A stretch of 47,297 nucleotides of DNA from Alphaproteobacteria bacterium UBA1908 (GTDB lineage: Bacteria > Pseudomonadota > Alphaproteobacteria > Caedimonadales > UBA1908), in assembly GCA_002337525.1 (NCBI GenBank), contig DDGG01000027.1:376-47672 (forward strand). Reading direction: 5' to 3'. The translations under genes were made by a program, and so were the position numbers. The notes below the pieces were generated by a model. It made no database searches. It was not told where the DNA came from and saw only the letters and a program-made list of their open reading frames with translations. Below are positions 21,404 through 31,317 of this stretch, piece by piece. The number at the start of each line of letters is the position of its first letter. Position 1 is the stretch's first letter.

Positions 21404-21671
21404 GCTTGATCAATACCTTTTGTTATTTGAAATGAACATGAACAACTAATTGATCTATAAGCAATAAAACTTATACTTAGAGCCACAAATTCTTATAAAA
21501 ATGCCTCTTTGGTACTAATAAAATAGTAAAAAAAGAGCAAAATATCCTCATTATAAAAAAAATATCTATATTTTACCTTTTTTTTGGCTTTTTTGACTTC
21601 CTAGCTCTTGACCAATGACGCGTTCTTAGGCAGCTTTAAAAAGATAAAATGTTTTTTATAGAAAGCACAAA

Positions 21672-21950
21672 ATGACTCGCTCTGAACTTGTTGACGCTAT
21701 TTTGGAAAAAAATCCTGAGATGACTCAAAAGCAGGCAGAAAATTTAATGTCTGTTATTCTTAATGAAATTACAAATACCTTGTCTGAAGGAGGACGGGTT
21801 GAATTGAGAGGTTTTGGTGTTTTTTCTGTTCGACAGCGTGAAGAACGAGAAGGTCGAAACCCTCGCACAGGCGAAACTGTGACAGTTAAGGCAAAAGGGG
21901 TTCCCTTTTTTAAGGCAGGAAAATTGTTAAAAGATAGACTGAATAAGTAA
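21672..21950 (+). CDS. ihfB: Integration host factor beta subunit (HU/IHF family)
   Basis: GRVELRGFGVFSVR.R..R.GRNPRTGE.V.V..K.VPFFKAGK.L; followed by lapA as is usual for ihfB. Confidence 0.92.
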   Translation: MTRSELVDAILEKNPEMTQKQAENLMSVILNEITNTLSEGGRVELRGFGVFSVRQREEREGRNPRTGETVTVKAKGVPFFKAGKLLKDRLNK

Positions 21951-22024
21951 ATTGGTATCTCTATAAAAATTTGGAAGAGATGCAACAGCAATAACCTATT
22001 GAACAAAAACGAAAGTGAAAGCCT

Positions 22025-22294
22025 TTGAAATATATTAGCTGGACTATCTCGGTTCTTCTTGTCATTTTTTCAATTTTGTTTTCGTTAACAAATTCGAATC
22101 TCCTGCATATTAATTTGTGGCCCAGTGATTATGTTCTAAGCTTGCCCCTCCCCCTTTTTGCTTTTCTTCTTTTTTTACTGGGCTTTATTACAGGAGCCTT
22201 CACAGTATGGCGCCATGGACAGGAAAAACGCCGAAAATTAAAAAAGAGGGTGAAGAATACTCAAAACTCTGATATATACGGGCCATACGCATGA
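22025..22294 (+). CDS. lapA: LapA (LPS assembly protein A)-like membrane protein
   Basis: Two TM segments, N....INLWP...LPL...F.LG...G, basic tail, downstream of ihfB. Confidence 0.7.
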   Translation: MKYISWTISVLLVIFSILFSLTNSNLLHINLWPSDYVLSLPLPLFAFLLFLLGFITGAFTVWRHGQEKRRKLKKRVKNTQNSDIYGPYA

Positions 22295-22448
22295 TATCAA
22301 AGTACTATAAGAAGTTTCTTTAAAAATAAAATTAATATTTTAAAAGTTTTGTCATAAACTTTTGTGCTATATGTCATGGAATCAGACTTTTTATGATTGA
22401 ATCTGGTACAGTTTAAAGCCGGATGTATTAGGATGTTGAGGTAACAGC

Positions 22449-23330
22449 ATGAATTGGCTAACAAATTTTGTTCGTCCAAAACTTCAAGCCCTTGTTGGGA
22501 AAGAAGTTCCTGATAATTTGTGGCACAAATGTAATAGCTGTGAACAGATGATTTTTCATCGTGATTTAACAGAAAATCTTTATGTTTGCCGTCATTGTGG
22601 CCACCATAGACGCTTAAAAGCCAAACAGCGCCTTGATTTTCTTTTTGATGAAGGAAAGTATATTTTGCTGCCTTTGACAAAACCAACTCAAGATCCCTTA
22701 AAATTTAAAGATATCAAAAAGTATTCAGACCGCCTTAAAGAAGCACGTCAAAAAACAAAAGAAGAAGATACCGTTCTGGTTGCTCATGGTACGATTGAAG
22801 GCCTTCCTGCGGTTGTTGCGGCCTTTGACTTCCACTTTATGGGAGGATCCATGGGGATGGCTGCTGGCAATGCCCTTATTGATGCCAGTAAAGCGGCTCT
22901 TGAAAAGAACGCGGCTCTTATTGCTATTCCCGCTTCAGGGGGAGCGCGCATGCAAGAAGGTATTTTGTCCCTCATGCAAATGGCACGGACGACTGTTGCT
23001 GTGACTCAGGTTAAAGAGGCAGGTCTTCCTTTTATCACTCTTTTATCTGATCCAACGGCAGGAGGGGTTACGGCTTCTTTTGCTATGTTAGGAGATATTG
23101 CCCTTGCAGAACCAGGCGCTATGATCTGCTTTGCGGGCCGGCGCGTGATTGAACAAACGATTCGTGAAAAATTGCCTGACGATTTTCAAACAGCTGAGCA
23201 TCTTAAGAAACACGGTATGGTCGATATGGTTGTCGAAAGGTCAGAGCTTCCGAAAACACTTGGTCTTCTACTGGGACATTTGATGTCTGCTGCTCGTGAA
23301 GAAAGAGCGCCTGCCTTCTCCGGCGTTTAG
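22449..23330 (+). CDS. accD: Acetyl-CoA carboxylase carboxyltransferase beta subunit
   Basis: C4 zinc finger, FMGGSMG, SGGARMQEG, GGVTASFAMLGD. Confidence 0.97.
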   Translation: MNWLTNFVRPKLQALVGKEVPDNLWHKCNSCEQMIFHRDLTENLYVCRHCGHHRRLKAKQRLDFLFDEGKYILLPLTKPTQDPLKFKDIKKYSDRLKEARQKTKEEDTVLVAHGTIEGLPAVVAAFDFHFMGGSMGMAAGNALIDASKAALEKNAALIAIPASGGARMQEGILSLMQMARTTVAVTQVKEAGLPFITLLSDPTAGGVTASFAMLGDIALAEPGAMICFAGRRVIEQTIREKLPDDFQTAEHLKKHGMVDMVVERSELPKTLGLLLGHLMSAAREERAPAFSGV

Positions 23331-23341
23331 CATGAAAGTAT

Positions 23342-24691
23342 ATGTCAGAACATACATCCCTTTCGAATCGCCTTTCTGACCTTCATAATCATTTCCCAAA
23401 TTCAACAACGCTTGGCCTTGAACGTATTCATGGTTTTCTTGAACTCCTGGGGTTTCCTCAGAAAAAGCTTCCTCCTGTTATTCACCTTGCCGGGACAAAC
23501 GGCAAAGGATCAACACTCGCTTTTTTAAAAGCTCTTTTTGAGACTTCCGGAAAATCTGTTCATTGCTTTATATCGCCACACCTTATGATACCAAACGAGC
23601 GTATAATCCTGAACGGACACCCCATTTCAGATCAAAACTTTCACACACTTATTGATGAAACACTGGCACTTGGGCAAAAAATCAGGGGGCTCAGTTGGTT
23701 TGAATTTTTAACCGGAATAGCTTTTCTGGCTTTCTCACGACAGCCTGCTGATATTTTACTCCTCGAAACGGGACTTGGGGGGCGACTGGACGCGACCAAT
23801 TCGATCGAAAAACCTTTAGCGACACTTATTACATCTATTTCCTATGATCACGAGCACTTTTTGGGAAACGGGCTTGAAAAAATTGCCTTCGAAAAAGCTG
23901 GTATTTTCAAACCTGAGACCCCAGTCTTTAGTGTGTCTCAGCCCACAAAAGTTCAAAAGGTACTTCAAAAACAGGCTCAATTGAAAAAATGTCCCTTCTA
24001 TGAGGAAGGTCAACACTGGCAAATAACAAATACCCCCACGGGCTCTCATTTTCAAAACAAAAGAGCTTATGACCTCCCAAAACCTGCGTTGTGTGGCTCT
24101 CATCAACTTCAAAACGCAGGACTGGCAATCGCCTGTTTTTCACATTTTTTCCCCAGGGATACGTCATCAGATACTCTAGAATCTGCCCTTAAAAATGTCC
24201 AATGGCCAGGACGTCTTCAATGCCTTGAAGATCATCCCTACCTGGGTATCTTCCCTCAAGGGTCACGTGTTTGGGTCGATGGGGCTCATAATGAAGGAGG
24301 GGCCAAAGCTCTGGCAAGGTCTATTCAGTCGTGGACCCCCTTTCCTATTCTCGCCATTAGCCTTTTAAAAAGTAAAGACTCGGAGACTTTTTTAAAACCC
24401 CTTGTAAAACCCGGTAAAATTGTTTTTCTGATGCCGTGCCCCTCACAGTCGCCCAGCCACGACCCGGAAAATCTGGCATTAATTGTTCGTCGTTTGGGGG
24501 GAATCCCCCTCATTTTTGATTCTCATTGGGCACTCTTCTCTTCCCTCAAAAACAAAAGTAACGCATCTCTCAACGAGCTCATCAAAATCGGTCCGCTCAA
24601 CATTCTTTTCTGTGGGTCCCTCTATACCGTTGGAAGCATTTTGAGTGAGAGCACAAAAGAAAGGAAGCCTTTTTTCAAAACGTCCTCCTAA
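23342..24691 (+). CDS. folC: Folylpolyglutamate synthase/dihydrofolate synthase
   Basis: GTNGKGS, SPHL, ETGLGGRLDATN, WPGRLQ, DGAHN, GSLY. Confidence 0.96.
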   Translation: MSEHTSLSNRLSDLHNHFPNSTTLGLERIHGFLELLGFPQKKLPPVIHLAGTNGKGSTLAFLKALFETSGKSVHCFISPHLMIPNERIILNGHPISDQNFHTLIDETLALGQKIRGLSWFEFLTGIAFLAFSRQPADILLLETGLGGRLDATNSIEKPLATLITSISYDHEHFLGNGLEKIAFEKAGIFKPETPVFSVSQPTKVQKVLQKQAQLKKCPFYEEGQHWQITNTPTGSHFQNKRAYDLPKPALCGSHQLQNAGLAIACFSHFFPRDTSSDTLESALKNVQWPGRLQCLEDHPYLGIFPQGSRVWVDGAHNEGGAKALARSIQSWTPFPILAISLLKSKDSETFLKPLVKPGKIVFLMPCPSQSPSHDPENLALIVRRLGGIPLIFDSHWALFSSLKNKSNASLNELIKIGPLNILFCGSLYTVGSILSESTKERKPFFKTSS

Positions 24692-25765
24692 ATTATTATT
24701 CTTGGACCTCATTTCTTTTAGACAGCCCCCTTCTGACTGGGACTCAAAAGCCCATATAGGCCAGAGCTCTTGTGTGTCAGACCCTACTTGTTCTCTATGC
24801 CCTACAGCTGTTGGTATTCTCTGCCCTGAAAAACACCTCATATAAGGCGATACGTGTAATTCTAAACAAAAATTGTCAGGGTCAAGTACTTGCGAAATAG
24901 TTTTTCGAGAAGGTTGAGAGGGCTTTTCCTGAGCAGATGGTGTAAATTCCGGAGCAAAAGGGCTCATTTTCTTGTCTTGATCATCAGGTTCTTCAAAAGT
25001 TATAGAATTTCCCTCAGGCATCAAATCGGGAAAAAACGAAGCAATCCATTTCTCTCCTTCACTATATGACTGTTTTGCAAATTTTTCTGCCCGTTCAGGT
25101 GATTTAATAACACCTAAACCCAAATGTAGCGTCATTGCATAAAGAGCTTTGAGGCGAGGTGTCTCACGAGAATTATGAAGAAATAGATTCAAGCTAAAAA
25201 AGAGTCTTGAGTTTCGTCGGGTTTCTTTACAATAAAGTGATGCGACTCTTAGAAACTCTGCTTCTACAGAGTCCGGTTGATCTTCCATAAAATCCTGATG
25301 TGCATCAAATAACGTCTTTCCCTTCCTGGCACTTTTTGAATTGGAGATTAGATTAAAAAGAGAGGTCAGGTCCTCTCCAGATAAAAAGGAAGTTGCCTCA
25401 AAGTCTTTCTTTTCTACAAAAGGTCTCTTTAATGTCTTTTGGTGTCCCCCAATCTTTATTTTTTCCGATGTTCTTACCTGGACTGTATGATTTCCAGCAA
25501 CATCGAAGTCAGAGAATTTCTTTTCCTTTCGATGATTTTCCTGGTCCTGAGCCTGTGAAAATCTCCTGGTTTTAGTTCTGGTTCTGCGCCTATGATACTT
25601 TTTTGTTCCTGGACATGTGCCCGTAGAATATTTTAAAGAATGAGCTGTTTTTTTTCGACTCATTGAGCAAGAACATTCCAAAAGGTCATGACTAGAGTAA
25701 CTAAGAGGGGAGAGCGTCAGAAAAATAAGAAAAGAGACAACAACCAACAAAGTTTTTTTAGACAA
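24479..25765 (-). CDS. Hypothetical secreted protein with a possible Sel1-like repeat
   Basis: 428-aa ORF starting 9 nt after rarA; signal peptide, Lys/Arg-rich stretch, YAMTLHLGLGVIKSPERAEKFAKQSYSEG. The 3' end overlaps folC. Confidence 0.65.
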   Translation of the reverse strand: MSKKTLLVVVSFLIFLTLSPLSYSSHDLLECSCSMSRKKTAHSLKYSTGTCPGTKKYHRRRTRTKTRRFSQAQDQENHRKEKKFSDFDVAGNHTVQVRTSEKIKIGGHQKTLKRPFVEKKDFEATSFLSGEDLTSLFNLISNSKSARKGKTLFDAHQDFMEDQPDSVEAEFLRVASLYCKETRRNSRLFFSLNLFLHNSRETPRLKALYAMTLHLGLGVIKSPERAEKFAKQSYSEGEKWIASFFPDLMPEGNSITFEEPDDQDKKMSPFAPEFTPSAQEKPSQPSRKTISQVLDPDNFCLELHVSPYMRCFSGQRIPTAVGHREQVGSDTQELWPIWAFESQSEGGCLKEMRSKNNNLGGRFEKRLPFFCALTQNASNGIEGPTEKNVERTDFDELVERCVTFVFEGREECPMRIKNEGDSPQTTNN

Positions 25766-25774
25766 GCAAGTTCC

Positions 25775-27061
25775 TTAACCCTCTGATTTCTTTAACCCTT
25801 TCTTGTCACGGATATTCTTCCAATAGTCAAGCCTTTTCATTATATCTCTTTCAAAACCTCGATTAACGGGCATATAAAAATGCTGACGGCCTAATTTATC
25901 AGGAAAGTAATTTTGCCCTGAAAAACCTTCGGGTGTATCATGATCGTAGACATAACCCGATCCATACCCCTCTTTTTTCATCAAGTCTGTAGGGGCATTA
26001 AGAATTGTTTTGGGAGGTAAATAAGATCTCGTTTTCTGGACACACCCGGACGCTTTTTTAAAGGCTAGGTAAAGAGCATTTGATTTCGGTGCCGTTGCAA
26101 GATAGCCAACCACTTGCGCCAGTGCGAGTTCACCTTCTGGACTTCCCAGACGTTCGTAAGCCTGAATACCGTGAAGTGCCATTTGAAGAGCTTGGGGATC
26201 TGCTAATCCCACATCTTCTGATGCCATACGAATCAGCCGACGCCCCAGAAAAAGAGGGTCTTCACCTCCAGCAAGCATCCTGGCAAACCAGTAAAGAGCA
26301 GCATCTACATCTGACCCTCGAATTGATTTATGGAGAGCACTAATCAAGTTATAATGATGATCAGCCCTGGCATCATAGGAAGGTGCTCGTTTTTTCAAAA
26401 CCTCACACACTTGTTCCCGCGTTAGCATACCCCCTTCCGGTAAAGAAAATAGGATATCCACATAGGTTAAAAGAGTACGACCATCTCCATCTGCAAGCTC
26501 TTTTAAAAGGCCTCGGGCCGCTTGATCCAGGGGAAGCTTTTTATTGAGACAGGTTTCTGCACGTTCCAGGAGGTCGTCAAGAGCACTATCGTCCAGGGCT
26601 TTTAACGTCAGAATCTGGCATCGAGAAAGAAGTGCCGCATTCAGGTTAAAAGAAGGATTTTCTGTTGTCGCGCCAACTAAACAAATAACACCTGATTCAA
26701 CATAGGGTAAAAAAGTATCCTGTTGGGTTTTATTAAACCGGTGAATTTCATCAACAAAAAGAAGGGTCGGATGACCCCGCTGGAAGCGATCTCTGGCCCC
26801 TTCAAAAACTTTTTTTAAATCCTGAACCCCTGAAAAAATAGCAGACAAGCTTTCGAAATGAAAAGTTTTTTGTGTTGCCAATAAGCGCGCCAGGGTTGTT
26901 TTACCACAACCTGGTGGTCCCCAGAAAATAAAGGACTGTCCCTTACCATGCTCTATAAAAGCATGTAAAAGACTGCCTTTTTTCGTAAGATGATCTTGCC
27001 CCACCACGTCAGAAAGTTTGTTAGGCCTCAAACGTTCCGCCAGGGGGATAAACTCTGCCAT
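25775..27061 (-). CDS. rarA: Replication-associated recombination protein A (MgsA)
   Basis: PLAERLRP, WGPPGCGKTT, VDEIHRFNK.QQD, ATTENPSF, SALHKSIRGSD. Start moved to ATG 27061 (GAGG RBS). Confidence 0.96.
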   Translation of the reverse strand: MAEFIPLAERLRPNKLSDVVGQDHLTKKGSLLHAFIEHGKGQSFIFWGPPGCGKTTLARLLATQKTFHFESLSAIFSGVQDLKKVFEGARDRFQRGHPTLLFVDEIHRFNKTQQDTFLPYVESGVICLVGATTENPSFNLNAALLSRCQILTLKALDDSALDDLLERAETCLNKKLPLDQAARGLLKELADGDGRTLLTYVDILFSLPEGGMLTREQVCEVLKKRAPSYDARADHHYNLISALHKSIRGSDVDAALYWFARMLAGGEDPLFLGRRLIRMASEDVGLADPQALQMALHGIQAYERLGSPEGELALAQVVGYLATAPKSNALYLAFKKASGCVQKTRSYLPPKTILNAPTDLMKKEGYGSGYVYDHDTPEGFSGQNYFPDKLGRQHFYMPVNRGFERDIMKRLDYWKNIRDKKGLKKSEG

Positions 27062-27122
27062 CGTAGCCGAAACCTCATTTTCCGAGGGCCCTAATACTGA
27101 CCCCTGGTCTGCTTTAAAAAGG

Positions 27123-28574
27123 CTACCAGTTTCGGACAAGGATTTTCTGCTTTCGGCCACGTCGATTAAAAACAATCTCCCAACCATTATGATTTCTACG
27201 CAAGTTTCGTGAAAGCTCCTGAGCTGTTTTTATAGCGACTCCATTTACTTCCAGAATGATATCGCCGGGTAAAAGACCGGTTAAAGCCGCAGAGGCATCA
27301 GGGCGAATTTCGATAATGACAACCCCTCCATTTTCATAGGAGACACCCAAATCATTTGCAACCGAAGGGGACAAACCCTTAACTACTGCCCCGGATAGTG
27401 GCTGACGCCCTGTCAAGGTCAATTTTCTGTTTCCGGGAATATCAGGAGGCGACTTCAAATCCATTTGAAGGCTTTTGATCTGGCCATCGCGCCAAACCTC
27501 TAGGCCAACTCGTTCACCAACTTTTAGCGTTGCAATTCTAAATCGAAAAGAAGCTTCGTTTCGAATTTCATGGTTTCCAACAGATAAAATCACATCCCCT
27601 TTTTTAACACCGGCAAGATCTGCCGGGCTTTTTTCAAAAACGCGTTTAACTATAATACCACTGACCTTTTCAAGACCTACAGCTTCGGCGATATCGGGCG
27701 TAATTGAGTCCATGGCTATTCCGGCCCATGGACGAATAATTTTACCATTATGATTGATGGCCGCCACGACAGGAAGAACAAGGTTTGACGGAATCGCAAA
27801 GCCAATGCCAATCGATCCCCCACTATTTGAAAAAATCGCCGTATTAATACCCACAATTTTTCCATCAAGCGTCACCAAAGGTCCTCCCGAGTTACCGGGA
27901 TTAATAGCGGCATCTGTCTGAATTAAAGATCTGAAATCAGAAACACCAACCTGTGTTCTGGCAAGTCCTGAAATAATACCTGACGTCACCGTTTGGCCAA
28001 ATCCAAAAGGATTCCCAACGGCAAGAACAAAATCACCAACTTTTAAGGTATCTGCATCTCTAAATTTTAGAAAAGGTAGTTTTTCACCCTCCGTCCTCAA
28101 CTTCAACACAGCAAGGTCTGTTCTCTTATCTTTTACAACAACCTCTGCTTCAAACTCCTTTCCATCATAAAGAACAACTTTTATTTCTGCCGCATGTTTT
28201 ATGACATGAAAGTTTGTCACAACAATTCCTTTTTCCTGGACGATAACACCTGATCCAAGAGAACTCTGAACCCGCGCACTAGGCTCACCAAAAGAAAAAC
28301 TATCTCCAAAAAAATGCCTAAAGAGTGGGTCCGAAAAAAAAGGGGAGTAATTTTGAGATCTTAAAACACGGGTTGCGTATATATTGACCACAGCAGGTGC
28401 CACTTTTTCAGCGACCCTGGAGAAACTAAAACGAAGCTGTTCACGTGATTTTGGGAGTTCAGGTGTCGAAAAGAATGACTCTTCTGCATTAACAGCATTC
28501 AAACCACACCAAAAATATATACAAAACAGGAGCAAACCACGTAAAAAGTTGTACATCGGTATTTTCTTTTTCAT
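27123..28574 (-). CDS. degP: Do/DegQ family serine endoprotease with two PDZ domains
   Basis: Signal peptide, SLGSGVI, TNFHV, DLAVLK, QTDAAINPGNSGGPL, two PDZ domains. Confidence 0.95.
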   Translation of the reverse strand: MKKKIPMYNFLRGLLLFCIYFWCGLNAVNAEESFFSTPELPKSREQLRFSFSRVAEKVAPAVVNIYATRVLRSQNYSPFFSDPLFRHFFGDSFSFGEPSARVQSSLGSGVIVQEKGIVVTNFHVIKHAAEIKVVLYDGKEFEAEVVVKDKRTDLAVLKLRTEGEKLPFLKFRDADTLKVGDFVLAVGNPFGFGQTVTSGIISGLARTQVGVSDFRSLIQTDAAINPGNSGGPLVTLDGKIVGINTAIFSNSGGSIGIGFAIPSNLVLPVVAAINHNGKIIRPWAGIAMDSITPDIAEAVGLEKVSGIIVKRVFEKSPADLAGVKKGDVILSVGNHEIRNEASFRFRIATLKVGERVGLEVWRDGQIKSLQMDLKSPPDIPGNRKLTLTGRQPLSGAVVKGLSPSVANDLGVSYENGGVVIIEIRPDASAALTGLLPGDIILEVNGVAIKTAQELSRNLRRNHNGWEIVFNRRGRKQKILVRNW

Positions 28575-28848
28575 AGACTTGTTTCTTTCCTGGCTATAAA
28601 AAAATATGAGTCTTTCACTTTAGCAGAATCTCTCTCATCTATAGACCAAAAGACCTTTTATGCTATATTTTTTCCATTTTAGCCATACATTAATGAACAT
28701 ATATACTCTATCTCAAAAGCTTTCAGGAAACTAGTTGTATGATTTTAACCTTCAAACTTTGATAGGATAACATCGCAATAATGGTTTAAAAACGTCAATC
28801 TCTTTGACTGAAACTACAATAAAGAATAAAAAAAGTCGAAAAATTTAT

Positions 28849-28987
28849 GCAAAAAAAATCCCCCAAAAAACTTTGGGGGAAAAGGTTTTACAGGGTAGTT
28901 CGTCAACACATCGGGGGAGATGGCTGACATTTTTCTCGTGTTGACACACAAGAAAACTTGGGGAAAGCCCAAAATCCTTTTTTTCGC
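28849..28987 (+). ncRNA. Candidate structured small RNA
   Basis: Three stems including a long G-U-rich hairpin (28902-28945), a terminal T run, and an upstream TTGACT-N17-TAAAAA. Confidence 0.35.
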
Positions 28988-29256
28988 AATAAAAACAAAA
29001 GCTTTTCTGTGCTTCTCTTTTTCTCCCTGATAACAAGGAGCATTGCCAAGAAATTTAGAAAGAGAAAATCGTATGGTATAATTGTCTTCTATTTCCTTAT
29101 TAAAAGAAAAAAGAACATTATAAAAATTAAGATTTATGGACAGCTTTCCCCCAGAATATCATAAGGTATCGCCCCCACACAATATAGTTTTATCGTCATT
29201 AAGGAAAGCAATACCCACTATTTACATTTTCACTGAATCCAAGATTTTTGTGGCGA

Positions 29257-29889
29257 TTAGCGCATCTGTTGGTAAACATCACCCTGGTTTTCAAGAAAAA
29301 TATGAATTCTATCAAAGCTCTTACTGGCTTCCTTATCCAGATGTTGAATAAAATCATCGTTTTGAAGGCGCTCTGCACTTCCAGGTGCGAACTTATACTT
29401 CTTATTTATCACGTCCGAGATCTTACGATAATAATGGAGAGAGAGTTCTGTTTTGAGACCTTTTTTCATTTCCTCCATAAGTTTTCGATCTTTCAGCATA
29501 GTATGTCCATGTTTACGCGCTATGTCGACAAAGACACCTGGGTCTTTTGAATTTGATGATTCATGGTCCAGCATCAAACGTGCCTTGGCATATTCTTCAA
29601 AGTCCTTATGAAACCTTTGAATAACATCAAAGACCGGGATTTCTGACAAAGAAACGGGCATCTCCTTTTTCTCATTTCTCAGCTTTTTTAGATACCTGAA
29701 AAATGCAACATCACGGGCTTTTTGTACATTTGGTTTGTGTTGGTCCAGAAGCTGTCGATAGTGTTGGCGCCACTTCCCTGCTTCAGCATCTCTATCATAG
29801 AGATGATCTGATCCCATTACATTCGTCGACACAATAGACAAGATAAAAGTAAAAAGACAAACCCAATTTTTATTTTTCAAAAAAATCAT
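29257..29889 (-). CDS. Hypothetical secreted protein
   Basis: 210-aa ORF with a signal peptide and a charged helical mature region. Confidence 0.7.
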   Translation of the reverse strand: MIFLKNKNWVCLFTFILSIVSTNVMGSDHLYDRDAEAGKWRQHYRQLLDQHKPNVQKARDVAFFRYLKKLRNEKKEMPVSLSEIPVFDVIQRFHKDFEEYAKARLMLDHESSNSKDPGVFVDIARKHGHTMLKDRKLMEEMKKGLKTELSLHYYRKISDVINKKYKFAPGSAERLQNDDFIQHLDKEASKSFDRIHIFLENQGDVYQQMR

Positions 29890-29988
29890 TGTTAGAACCT
29901 TATTCTAATCTCCACTTATTCGGTTATATCAGAATCTGTATTTTTTCTCAAAAAAGGCTTTTAAAGGCTAAGCTATTTTAGCAAACAA

Positions 29989-30252
29989 CTACTTCGTCTC
30001 CTCTTTTGCTTGAGATCTTTTAGCCTTTTCTTTTATTTTTTCTTTACCACAATCGCATATAGCAGGCTTATCTTTAGATATCTTTATCTCAATCTTTAGT
30101 GGCAGCAATTCTTCCTTTTTCTTAACTGTAGCCCACCCGGCAGAAAAAGAATCCTTTAAGGGTATCAGAAACAGGCTTAAAAAAGCTATCAAATAGATCC
30201 CGTCAAAAAAATTTATCTTTTTAGGCAACCTCATTCCTTTAAATCTTTTCAT
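29989..30252 (-). CDS. Small hypothetical membrane or secreted protein
   Basis: GAGGAG RBS, one hydrophobic segment, Lys-rich tail with CDC. Confidence 0.6.
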   Translation of the reverse strand: MKRFKGMRLPKKINFFDGIYLIAFLSLFLIPLKDSFSAGWATVKKKEELLPLKIEIKISKDKPAICDCGKEKIKEKAKRSQAKEETK

Positions 30253-30343
30253 TATTTTCTCCTCATCGTTTGTAAACCCAGACTGTTATAGACTTTCCAT
30301 AAAGTATTGACCAAAAATATATATTGAGTGAGTTCCTTTCATC

Positions 30344-30868
30344 TTACTGCGTTTTGGAAAAGGAACATTGATAGTCTGACTTATGATAAAATGCATTATC
30401 TTTTGTGGAATCTGACAAAGGACCCCCGAAGTCATTTTTACTCGCACGAACAAACCCCGGGATCTCATGCCCCAACTTGCCTAAATCCATCTCAAGTTGA
30501 TACAAATTAACCCGATAATAATATTTTTGATCCGGGGATTCTCTCTCAAATAATTTTTGTTCTACCCATCCTCGTTGAACTAAAATCTTGATAAAGCCTT
30601 GCAGAGACTCCTTTGAGAGTACAAGCATGGCCTCTTCTGCCAATCGAGCAAGCGTTATAGTAAACCAGCCATCGCGTGGCGTTATATTAACGGGTAATCG
30701 TTTCGACATTTTTCGGCAATAATTTTCTGCCATCAGCATTTCATCAAATTCATAACAGCGACGGGTCCAATACAGAAATTGATTCAATAATAGAGCTTGG
30801 GACGTATTGCGTGTGAGGGCCATTAATGCTTCGTTGACAATTGAGTAACGTTTTGGCCTGAATATCAT
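30344..30868 (-). CDS. Winged-helix protein resembling the N-terminal domain of phage replication initiators
   Basis: ALLLNQFLYW...DGWF..T...LAEE.ML..S..........L...GW......YYRVN pattern; AAGGA RBS. Confidence 0.65.
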   Translation of the reverse strand: MIFRPKRYSIVNEALMALTRNTSQALLLNQFLYWTRRCYEFDEMLMAENYCRKMSKRLPVNITPRDGWFTITLARLAEEAMLVLSKESLQGFIKILVQRGWVEQKLFERESPDQKYYYRVNLYQLEMDLGKLGHEIPGFVRASKNDFGGPLSDSTKDNAFYHKSDYQCSFSKTQ

Positions 30869-31198
30869 TCGTGTTTCCTTTTTTTCTGCTTACTCTACAA
30901 GCTTTTTCAGAGCAGACCAAAACCACAAAACAAAAGGATCAAGACAGTCCTTCACTTTTTAGCATTCAGATTTTCCAACGCCGAAAAACAAACGTAGTTA
31001 GCATTTGAAGCCAAAAAACTTGACGAATTAACGGATCGTATGCTCTTCTCAGTACAATCAGGACTTGTTTTATAACTTTTTTGAAGAACCTGTTTCAGGT
31101 ACCCAAAAAGTGACTTTAAGATGAATTCTAAATTAAAGGTTTTTAAACGCATTAAAAAATTGTATATTCGGATTATCATCACTATATCCTGATGGTAT

Positions 31199-31253
31199 GC
31201 CGAATACCTCAGTTGCCTAGGAACCTCAGAGATATTCGGCCTTATATTTTTTT
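31199..31253. terminator. Strong hairpin with a T run on the + strand
   Basis: GCCGAATA ... TATTCGGC followed by CTTATATTTTTTT. Confidence 0.45.
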
Positions 31254-31317
31254 GACCTGCTTTTTACGGAGACTAAAAATGATGTGTAGCCAAGTGTAAA
31301 AAACCAGATACAGAGTT

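Noticed and set aside
22297-22686. 129-aa antisense ORF and other short shadow ORFs over housekeeping genes
   Set aside because: They overlap well-supported genes on the other strand or frame and show no recognisable motifs.
27062-27187. N-terminal extension of RarA overlapping degP
   Set aside because: ATG 27061 has a GAGG RBS and sits just before the conserved PLA.RLRP motif, so the extension is probably an ORF-calling artefact. The same applies to the longer starts of coaD, flgD and tsaC.
28575-29256. Replication origin in the long AT-rich spacer
   Set aside because: I see no cluster of DnaA boxes and none of the usual origin-linked genes.
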